Below, one piece after another: positions 16,508 through 23,096 of a stretch of DNA of 33,578 nt. This DNA comes from an uncultured Methanomassiliicoccales archaeon (GTDB lineage Archaea; Thermoplasmatota; Thermoplasmata; RBG-16-68-12), in the NCBI GenBank assembly GCA_964546105.1, contig CAZJIP010000004.1, positions 3,633 to 37,210 of the forward strand, in the 5' to 3' direction. A program made the position numbers and the translations under genes. Numbering within the stretch: the first letter of the stretch is position 1; each line of letters begins with the position of its first letter. The notes beneath the pieces are model-generated. The model was not told where the DNA came from, ran no database searches, and was given only the letters and a program-made list of their open reading frames with translations.

Positions 16508-17116
16508 TCAGGCCTTCGCGGACGCGGCGATGGGCTCCTCGAGGACGGAGCGCAACGCCTTGCGGAGCTCGCGGTAGCACTTCAGGAAGTTCTCGAACTC
16601 CTTGTCCGAGATCGTCATGAGATGGACGTACTCTAGGAGTTCCTGCTTGGCCAGGTAGCTCACATCCTCGAGCTCGTTGATGCGCTCGGTCCAGGGAGAA
16701 TGCGCGTCGGGTTCCTTCATGCGCTTGATGAGGTCGACGACCTGGGAGACCACGCCCGAGTCAACCTTCGCCTTGAAGCCCAGCTTGGTGAGCGCGCCGA
16801 GCGCTTCGCGGACCTCTTCCTCCAGGACCTTCGCGCCGCCCGACTCGCCGTGCGCGAGGTGGAACATCTCCGCCGTCGCCTGGTAGTACGTCTCGATGAA
16901 GTGATCCACGCGCTCCTCCCGCGCAATCTCCACCATGTCGGCGTCCTTCAGCTTCCGGATGTGGTGGTAGATGGCCTGAGGTGTCAGCTTGAGTTCCTCC
17001 GCAATCTGCGCGACGGTCATCTCCCGAGCCCGGAGGAGGTAGATGATTCGCCGGCGCGTCTCGTCTGCGAGGAGCTGGAAGGCCTCCGGGTCCTTGATTA
17101 CCTTGAACGACCGCAT
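16508..17116 (-). CDS. ArsR-family winged-HTH transcription regulator (archaeal type)
   Basis: IKDPEAFQLLADETRRRII...EMTVAQIAEELKLTPQAIYHHIRKL. Confidence 0.9.
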   Translation of the reverse strand: MRSFKVIKDPEAFQLLADETRRRIIYLLRAREMTVAQIAEELKLTPQAIYHHIRKLKDADMVEIAREERVDHFIETYYQATAEMFHLAHGESGGAKVLEEEVREALGALTKLGFKAKVDSGVVSQVVDLIKRMKEPDAHSPWTERINELEDVSYLAKQELLEYVHLMTISDKEFENFLKCYRELRKALRSVLEEPIAASAKA

Positions 17117-17127
17117 GCCATGTCCAC

Positions 17128-17214
17128 CTACTCAATAGATATTGTAGCTCTACATATAAGTGTTTGGGTTGGACAATCGATGGTTTTAATAACGCGTGTG
17201 CGCATTGCCCAAAC
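17128..17214. promoter_or_regulatory. Divergent archaeal promoters with candidate operators
   Basis: Minus strand AAACACTTATAT (about 17154-17165) and plus strand TTTTAATA (17184-17191). Imperfect inverted repeat CTACTCAATA-GA-TATTGTAG (17128-17147) and a GTTTGGG...CCCAAAC pair (17162/17208). Confidence 0.55.
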
Positions 17215-17235
17215 CGCCATTGGGGTGACAAAAAC

Positions 17236-17334
17236 ATGCATAACATCAGCGCAAAGGACCGCGTGAATCGTGGTCAGAAGGACCTGAAGCAGATCTCCCT
17301 GGAGATCCTGCTGCTCCGGAGGGGAATCCGATGA
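17236..17334 (+). CDS. Small hypothetical protein, 32 aa (MHNISAKDRVNRGQKDLKQISLEILLLRRGIR)
   Basis: Not in the ORF track. Strong archaeal RBS GGGGTGA at 17222-17228, a TATA box upstream and an ATGA overlap with the next ORF. Confidence 0.5.
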   Translation: MHNISAKDRVNRGQKDLKQISLEILLLRRGIR

Positions 17335-17717
17335 TCGGACCGTGCGACCTGAACCGGATTCCGCGGTGGACGCCCGAGCGATCCTCGGAAGATCTTCATC
17401 GCTATGCAAGGCTCGAACTCGGCGGCGAGGCCCTCGGATTGCGGACGACGGTGCGATCCTCCCAGGCGGTCCGAGGTCTCCGTGCGTGGCTGACCTCTCG
17501 CCTCCTCCCGGCCCGCGCGAGCGCGGACCGAATGCCAAGTGATTCGCTGCTTACCGCCGTGGGTGCGGTCCACTTTGACGGCGAGATGGATCGCCAATCT
17601 CGGATGCGGAACGCGCGGCCCGAGAGGCCCGCGGCGGCCTTCGCGACGCCGGCCATGGCGTTCACGGTGCCTGCGAAGGACGACGGCTCCGCCGACCTCT
17701 GCACCTGCGACCTCTAG
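17331..17717 (+). CDS. Hypothetical protein, 128 aa
   Basis: GGAGGGG RBS, ATGA coupling to the 32-aa ORF, and a downstream hairpin plus T tract. It fills an otherwise empty gap; no family recognised. Confidence 0.45.
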   Translation: MIGPCDLNRIPRWTPERSSEDLHRYARLELGGEALGLRTTVRSSQAVRGLRAWLTSRLLPARASADRMPSDSLLTAVGAVHFDGEMDRQSRMRNARPERPAAAFATPAMAFTVPAKDDGSADLCTCDL

Positions 17718-17721
17718 CGGA

Positions 17722-17766
17722 GAGCCTCGGCCCGGCGCCGGGGCCGACTCCTCACCCCTCCTTTTC
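17722..17766 (+). terminator. Hairpin plus pyrimidine/T tract, candidate terminator
   Basis: TCGGCCC-N7-GGGCCGA (17727-17747) followed by CTCCTCACCCCTCCTTTT. Confidence 0.45.
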
Positions 17767-17841
17767 GTCACTTGTTCCCGTGAACGTGCCCATGCCACCT
17801 TCGGAAAGGCTTGAATCCTCCTCGGGCCCTTCCCGTCCCCG

Positions 17842-17937
17842 ATGCCCAAGAGATCCACTCGGAAGAAGGGCGGCAAGAAGGCCGCCAAGAAGAAGGCCTA
17901 CTACTACGGCCGCAAGGAGAAGCGCGCGAAGAAGTGA
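17842..17937 (+). CDS. Very basic 31-aa peptide (MPKRSTRKKGGKKAAKKKAYYYGRKEKRAKK)
   Basis: Not in the ORF track. All 12 Lys codons are AAG. GAAAGGCTTGAAT, a BRE/TATA-like box, lies about 26 nt upstream. Its stop abuts the convergent priS-like stop (TGA|TCA). Confidence 0.65.
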   Translation: MPKRSTRKKGGKKAAKKKAYYYGRKEKRAKK

Positions 17938-18753
17938 TCAGGGTCTCGCGAACGCCGGAGTCGCCCTCGGATTCCCGTACGAGAAATCCTCGAGGTCCCT
18001 CCGGGGGACAGGGGCCACGATCCGCGACACCATCCCATGCAGGGAGTACGGGAGGCGAATGAGCCGCATCTCCCCCGACGTGACCCATTCGTCCAAGGCA
18101 AACCGCTTCCCGTACCGCCGCGCGATCCGCGTCCGCTCGCCCTTGGTCAGGGCGTAGGCATCCGCATCGAGCACGTGCACGTGGAAACCGCGACCCGAGT
18201 AGACCACGGACAGCTGGGACCACTCGCGCGACAGGAGATCGTGGAGTTCGGCGGCCTGTCGCCGCGTCTCCTCGAACTCCCAATCGCAGAAGGACAGCCC
18301 CTGATGGCGGCGCATCTTCTCCTCAATGTCCCCGTGGATCGGGCAGTCCAGGTTCTCGGGATCCAGATCGAAGGCGAGCTCCTGCCCCCGGAGCCACCGA
18401 CTGCGCCAGGGATGAGCGTAGTCCAGGCCGGCCCGCCGTGCCTGCTCGACCGACGCGTACGCGTTCCGGTCGTAGTAGACGCCCTCGGGCAGGTACTTCA
18501 GCAGATAGGGCCGGAGGTCCCGGACGGTCCGGGCGTCCTCGACGAGGAGGGAGATGTTCTTCAACGAGCGATACCGGCGGGGATAGATGCCCGAGTGGCG
18601 GCCGAGGATGAGGGCGAAGATCCGCTCGCCCGGAAAGGAAGCGAACCATCGCTCCGCGGCCTCATAGTCCATGAGCCGTGCGTAGAACCGCCGCCGCTGC
18701 GCGAGGTTGGAAGCCCGAAGGCCGTCGGGAAGTTCGTATCGGACCCGGACCAC
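17938..18753 (-). CDS. Archaeo-eukaryotic primase small-subunit-like protein (PriS-like AEP), stand-alone
   Basis: AEP motifs QELAFDLD (I), VYSGRGFHVHV (II) and RLIRLPYSLHG, with a CPIH...SFC putative zinc knuckle. Only 271 aa, with no priL adjacent. Confidence 0.82.
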   Translation of the reverse strand: MVRVRYELPDGLRASNLAQRRRFYARLMDYEAAERWFASFPGERIFALILGRHSGIYPRRYRSLKNISLLVEDARTVRDLRPYLLKYLPEGVYYDRNAYASVEQARRAGLDYAHPWRSRWLRGQELAFDLDPENLDCPIHGDIEEKMRRHQGLSFCDWEFEETRRQAAELHDLLSREWSQLSVVYSGRGFHVHVLDADAYALTKGERTRIARRYGKRFALDEWVTSGEMRLIRLPYSLHGMVSRIVAPVPRRDLEDFSYGNPRATPAFARP

Positions 18754-18898
18754 GGCCGGTCATGGGGTCCCCGGGATAAGGAATGCGCCGCGCGGGGGCT
18801 TCGGTCCGTAGCGGTTTGGGATCGCCGCGAACCCTAGACTCATACGCGATAGCATTGACCCAGATCATAAGTCGATTGGGCCGAACATGTGACGCCGC

Positions 18899-19333
18899 AT
18901 GGGATTGCCCGGCTTCGTGGCCTCCGTGGTATCCGGCATTACCGCCGCGGCGGGCTGGGTCTCCCATCGCATCCATTCCTTCAGCGTCACCCCACGCACA
19001 TGGACCTGCCTCGAGTGCCAAGTCCCCAACGAGCTCGATCGGGACACGTGCTGGAGCTGCGGCGCCGGCTACGGGGAAGATCCCCTCTATCCGAGCCACA
19101 TCCCTTTGAACCGCCGCTGGATCTGCCCGTCCTGCGCGGTGTGGAACGGGATCGCCCGAACGGACTGCTGGCGCTGCGGAAGCCTCCGAACAGACCCGCT
19201 TTTGCCATGTCCCCCTAGTGCAGCTCAGGTGCCTCTTCCAGGAAGTCCCGTTCCCGCAGCTCGCGGCGCTTCCAGCCCTCGAGCTCCCCCACGAAGTAGG
19301 GAAGGAGCCGCAACGAGACGTAGGAATTCATGA
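18899..19333 (+). CDS. Protein with two RanBP2-type (NZF) zinc fingers
   Basis: WTCLECQVPNELDRDTCWSC and WICPSCAVWNGIARTDCWRC both fit W-x-C-x2-C-x3-N-x6-C-x2-C exactly. The 3' end overlaps the convergent gene by 119 nt. Confidence 0.75.
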   Translation: MGLPGFVASVVSGITAAAGWVSHRIHSFSVTPRTWTCLECQVPNELDRDTCWSCGAGYGEDPLYPSHIPLNRRWICPSCAVWNGIARTDCWRCGSLRTDPLLPCPPSAAQVPLPGSPVPAARGASSPRAPPRSREGAATRRRNS

Positions 19334-19484
19334 GTGGGATTCCGAGCTGCTCCGAGAAGACGAGGAGATTGACCGCATCGTTGTACCGGAACCGGAGCTT
19401 CATCTGCTCCGAGTAGATGTCGTAGAAGAACAGGCCCCAGAATGATTCCTTCAAGATCCGGACCACCTGTCCCCAGCGGTTCAC
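19215..19484 (-). CDS. Small CstA/ArsA-associated protein ('cory-CC-star'-like), paralog 2, 89 aa
   Basis: GTG start at 19484 with a GAGGGGG RBS and AAACCTTTAT upstream. LLVFSEQLGIP..SYVSLRLLPY...WKRR..RERDF aligns without gaps to the ORF at 22743. Confidence 0.8.
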   Translation of the reverse strand: MNRWGQVVRILKESFWGLFFYDIYSEQMKLRFRYNDAVNLLVFSEQLGIPLMNSYVSLRLLPYFVGELEGWKRRELRERDFLEEAPELH

Positions 19485-19581
19485 AGGCCCCCTCGCACCG
19501 CCATGGGGTCGCGGCGCCGGATAAAGGTTTGGGCCGGCCGGGAAGCGAGCCTTTAGAGGGGGTTCCGGCTGTTCCGGGAAC

Positions 19582-20217
19582 GTGGTTGCCGTCGACCCCG
19601 ACCTCCTAGCTGTATTCGTCGTCGCGGGGGTCCTCATCGCCTGGTACCTCGTCGGCAGCATACGGAACCGACGTCTGGCTCGGCGAATCGCCAACGAGAT
19701 GCGGGACAGCCTGCTGGCCCTCGGCGGCACGTCGAAGGTTCATCCGTTCGGCACGACCGCGTTCCGGATGACGACGCAGGATGCGAAACCGCCCTTCCGC
19801 GACATCTCGGTCGTCGTGACCCTGCTGCCGCGGGAAATGCCCTTCAACTGGGCTATCGGGATCGCGCAGGGCCGCCGCGACACGGCGGTCGTGGAAGCCT
19901 CCCTCCGCCGATCGCCCCGGGCCGGATTCGAACTCGTGGACCCTGGGAGTCGCGTCGGCCGGAGGCGCAAGCGGGCGGTTTCCACTTGGTCCGCCATCAC
20001 CGTCGCGGGACTGGAGCGTCTCCTGCGCGCCAAGGACGAGAGGACCGCGAAGGCCCTGCTCGAGGCCCTCGAGCCGAGCGCCCTAGCGGCCATTTCGGCT
20101 CTCCATGTGACCGCAGGGAGCGAGCCCGGCATCGCGGCTTCCCTCGCCCTCGAGCAGGGCAACGTCTCGATGCTGATGTCGGCCATCCAGGGCCTCGCCG
20201 AACGCATGGCCGTCTAG
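19582..20217 (+). CDS. N-terminally membrane-anchored hypothetical protein, possible remote DUF1682/CCDC47 homolog
   Basis: TM segment LLAVFVVAGVLIAWYLVG followed by SIRNRRLARRI, then an alpha/beta domain with VVVTLLPREMPFNWAIGIAQGRRDTAVV. Confidence 0.8.
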   Translation: MVAVDPDLLAVFVVAGVLIAWYLVGSIRNRRLARRIANEMRDSLLALGGTSKVHPFGTTAFRMTTQDAKPPFRDISVVVTLLPREMPFNWAIGIAQGRRDTAVVEASLRRSPRAGFELVDPGSRVGRRRKRAVSTWSAITVAGLERLLRAKDERTAKALLEALEPSALAAISALHVTAGSEPGIAASLALEQGNVSMLMSAIQGLAERMAV

Positions 20218-20702
20218 TGACAACGGCTTCCCGCCAGCGCAGGGGGGAGCTCATCGAGCCCCGACGCATCCCCGCTGGCCATGAACTTCATCGTCAAGTT
20301 GCGCTGGGTCTCCTCGCAGCGATACGCAACATAGACCACCCGGAGGTGCTTGTTCCGGAAGAGGCCCGCCCGCATCCCGCCGTGGAGGAGAGAGCCGGGA
20401 TGACCGCCGACCTTGAAGGAGCTCTCCCGGGCGCCCTCGAGGAGGGGAGGACGGAGGGCTCCCCTCGCCGCGCGCACGTCGAACTCCATCGCGCGCTTCG
20501 CACTCTCGTCGATGAGGAACGCCGTGGCTTGCCCCTGCTGGGCCCACCGCACGCCGTTGTACGCGATCGTGTAGTCGATCTCGGTGGGGTTGCGTCCGAT
20601 GCGCACGTCCCAGTTCCCGGGAAGGCGGAGCACGAGGAAGTTGGTTGGCCCCAGGACGAAATGGGTGGCCGCCAGGAGGTGGTCCCGAACGGCCTCCGTC
20701 AT
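20214..20702 (-). CDS. Conserved-looking hypothetical soluble protein, 162 aa
   Basis: True start is the ATG at 20702 (MTEAVRDH), in ATGA overlap with the ATPase stop. Beta-rich pattern, YRCEET motif and C-terminal RCH. Confidence 0.78.
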   Translation of the reverse strand: MTEAVRDHLLAATHFVLGPTNFLVLRLPGNWDVRIGRNPTEIDYTIAYNGVRWAQQGQATAFLIDESAKRAMEFDVRAARGALRPPLLEGARESSFKVGGHPGSLLHGGMRAGLFRNKHLRVVYVAYRCEETQRNLTMKFMASGDASGLDELPPALAGSRCH

Positions 20703-21733
20703 GCCACAGCCGCCGGCGCCGGGGCGAAGGCCGGCACGTAGTCCATCATGTCGTGCGACACCCGGGCCACCATGTCGGTACCGGTGACCTCGGAGGGGTA
20801 CAGGGGGATGTAGGCCGCTACGAGGGGGCCGAGGTCTCGATAGAGCAGCTGCATGTACCCGAGCTGTTCCTGGTACTTGTTCGCCAGGTACTCTCCCGCC
20901 CCCTCCATCTGCGCGACCTCCGGACGGAGGATCTCGTTCACAATCACGCCGCCGACCGGGATGTTGAACTTCCCGACCATCCCGATGAATCGGCGGACGA
21001 CCGCAATCGGCAAGCCCAGGGGGAGGGTCACGAAGAAGAACGCCGTGCGTTCGGGGTCGATCAGGATCTCCTTCGCCTTCATGAACCGCTCGTTCATAGA
21101 GATCAGGTCGGCCATGAGCGGGTCCTTCTTGACCTCCTCCATCATCCGTTCCTTGCGGAACGAGAGCTGGACCCGGAGGGAGAGGGCCTCCCGGCGCGAA
21201 TCGATCATCCGGTTGAGCCAGAGCCCGTAAATCTTGCTCAGCCCGATCAGTCGGACGGCGTTCGCGACCGCGGCGGTGTCGAAGATCACGCGGTCGTACG
21301 ACTCCCCCTCCGCGAGGATGTAGTCCACCATCCGATCGAACATGGCGCTTTCTTCGAAGGCGGGGTTCGTCGTCGCGATCTCGATGAAGGGTCGGGCATC
21401 CAGGGGGATGTCCGCCCACTTGAGGAACTCCTTCACGCGGCCCTTGATGGAGTCGCGATACTTCTCGACGACCTCGGTCGTCTCCACCTCGACCGCGTGG
21501 ACGCCGTTCGCCCCCTTCACGGGACGGACCCGGCCGCCGGAGAGGTCCTGGCCGAACAGGCTCGACAGCGAGTGGACCGGATTCAGCGATGCCAGGAGGA
21601 CCTTCTCCCCGCTCGACGCGTAGTGGTAGGCGAGGCCTGCTGCGGAGACCGTCTTGCCGACGCCCCCCTTGCCGCCCGTGAAGATGTACCGCAACTTCGG
21701 CCGTTCGCGCAACAGGTCGGTTAGCTTAGTCAT
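20699..21733 (-). CDS. Get3/TRC40/ArsA-family ATPase 2 (degenerate switch motifs)
   Basis: Deviant Walker A GKGGVGKT, switch I SLNPVHSL, switch II FDTAAVAN and VIVN. Start ATG at 21733 with a GAGGTG RBS. Confidence 0.9.
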   Translation of the reverse strand: MTKLTDLLRERPKLRYIFTGGKGGVGKTVSAAGLAYHYASSGEKVLLASLNPVHSLSSLFGQDLSGGRVRPVKGANGVHAVEVETTEVVEKYRDSIKGRVKEFLKWADIPLDARPFIEIATTNPAFEESAMFDRMVDYILAEGESYDRVIFDTAAVANAVRLIGLSKIYGLWLNRMIDSRREALSLRVQLSFRKERMMEEVKKDPLMADLISMNERFMKAKEILIDPERTAFFFVTLPLGLPIAVVRRFIGMVGKFNIPVGGVIVNEILRPEVAQMEGAGEYLANKYQEQLGYMQLLYRDLGPLVAAYIPLYPSEVTGTDMVARVSHDMMDYVPAFAPAPAAVA

Positions 21734-21744
21734 GCTCCCCCACC

Positions 21745-22734
21745 TCACAGGCCCGGACCGTGCATGAGGTCCTCGGAGACGCGGGCGATCATGTCGAGGC
21801 CACGTGGCTCCCGGGGGTACATCGGGAGGACGGCCACCACCTTGGAACCGAATTTGGACTTGATCACGTCCATGTACTTCTGCTGCATCTCGGCGCGGTT
21901 CCGGAGAAACGCCGCGGCCTCGCCCTTCGCCGCGAGGAGTTCTGGCGGGTAGACCTGGTTCACGATGAGACCGGCCATTTGCAGGCCGAGGGAATCGAAC
22001 ATCTGCAGGGCGCGCTCCGTGTCCAAGATGGCCATCCTCTCGGGGATCAGGACCATGAAGAACGCGGTGCGCTTCTGGTCGACCATGAGGTCCGTGAAGC
22101 GGGTGATCTTGCTCTGGATGTCGCCGAGCTCCCGCAGCACCTCGTCCTCGGAGACCTTCTGCCCCTTGAGGGTGGCGGCCACGGCCTCATACTCCTGCGC
22201 CTTCTCGCGCGCCTCGGTGATTTTGCCGACCCACTTGCTGAGGATCTCCGCCATGGCGATCATCCGGACGCCGTGGCCGAACGGCGGCATGTCGAAGACG
22301 TAGAGGTCATGGCCGCTCGTTGACACGAGGTCCGCCATCGCGTCGTAGGTGGCCGACTCGTACATCGCTGGCTCCGCGGACGTGGAGTCGATGTATTCCT
22401 CGATCTCCGGCGGCAGCTCCGAGAGGCCGTACATCGTGAGGATCTTCTGCTTGACCTCAGCCTGGTAGTCTGCGACCCGCTTGTCCGCATCGATCTCGAC
22501 CACGTCGAGGTTCGGGATCACGGTCACCTGTCCCTTGCCGAAGATGTCCCGGTCGAAGATGTCGCTCAGGCTCGCCTGCGGGTCCGTCGAGAAGCAGAGG
22601 ACCTTCTGATGCCGCTTGGCGGCCATGTAGTGGCTCAGCCCGGCGCTGCAGGTCGTCTTGCCGAGCCCTCCTTTTCCGGCGAAGATGACGATGCCCTTGT
22701 CTCCCTTCTTCTCGAAGTAGGATGCGAGGCCCAT
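21745..22734 (-). CDS. Get3/TRC40/ArsA-family ATPase 1
   Basis: Motifs GKGGLGKTT, STDPQASLSD, FDMPPFGH, VLIPERMA and LIVNQV. Met-rich. Start ATG at 22734. Confidence 0.92.
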   Translation of the reverse strand: MGLASYFEKKGDKGIVIFAGKGGLGKTTCSAGLSHYMAAKRHQKVLCFSTDPQASLSDIFDRDIFGKGQVTVIPNLDVVEIDADKRVADYQAEVKQKILTMYGLSELPPEIEEYIDSTSAEPAMYESATYDAMADLVSTSGHDLYVFDMPPFGHGVRMIAMAEILSKWVGKITEAREKAQEYEAVAATLKGQKVSEDEVLRELGDIQSKITRFTDLMVDQKRTAFFMVLIPERMAILDTERALQMFDSLGLQMAGLIVNQVYPPELLAAKGEAAAFLRNRAEMQQKYMDVIKSKFGSKVVAVLPMYPREPRGLDMIARVSEDLMHGPGL

Positions 22735-22742
22735 CGACTCCC

Positions 22743-23033
22743 TCAAAAGACCTGGTCCGTGAAGTCCCGCTCGCGGAACACGCGCTGCTTCCAGCTCTTG
22801 ATGTTCGGCACCGCGTACGGCAGGATCCGGAGCGAGTAGTACGGCGGGATGACGGGGACGCCGAGCATGTCGCCGAGGGTGATGAACATGAAGAGGTGCT
22901 CCAGGTACATTCGGGTTCTCAGTGCTGCGGTTACGTGGCCGTGGGCCGCCATTCCGTACAGCACACCCTTCGCGGCGGTCGCGACCTTCCGACCCCGACC
23001 CTTCGACCTGCCGCGCCCCTTCGAATCAGACAT
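22743..23033 (-). CDS. Small CstA/ArsA-associated protein ('cory-CC-star'-like), paralog 1
   Basis: EHLFMFITLGDMLGVPVIPPYYSLRILPY...WKQRVFRERDF. Lies between cstA and the ATPases. Alternative start at 23054. A GAAAGCTTTTT promoter-like box is at about 23073-23083 (minus strand). Confidence 0.82.
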   Translation of the reverse strand: MSDSKGRGRSKGRGRKVATAAKGVLYGMAAHGHVTAALRTRMYLEHLFMFITLGDMLGVPVIPPYYSLRILPYAVPNIKSWKQRVFRERDFTDQVF

Positions 23034-23096
23034 CTGGCGACCGCTCCCTGTCATGGGATGCGTGCCTGGCTCAAAAAGCTTTCAGGCAGACGCTGA

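Noticed and set aside
17938-18753. Prim-pol marking an integrated plasmid or virus
   Set aside because: No integrase, helicase, att repeats or obvious compositional shift nearby.
20214-21419. 401-aa ORF overlapping ATPase 2 (possible frameshift fusion)
   Set aside because: Only the last 162 codons look coding, and they have their own ATG in an ATGA overlap. No slippery site was seen.
20699-22734. Arsenic-resistance (arsA) operon
   Set aside because: The ATPases are single-domain and lack Cys metalloid ligands. No arsB, acr3, arsC or arsD is present, and the ArsR gene is about 3.6 kb away and unlinked.
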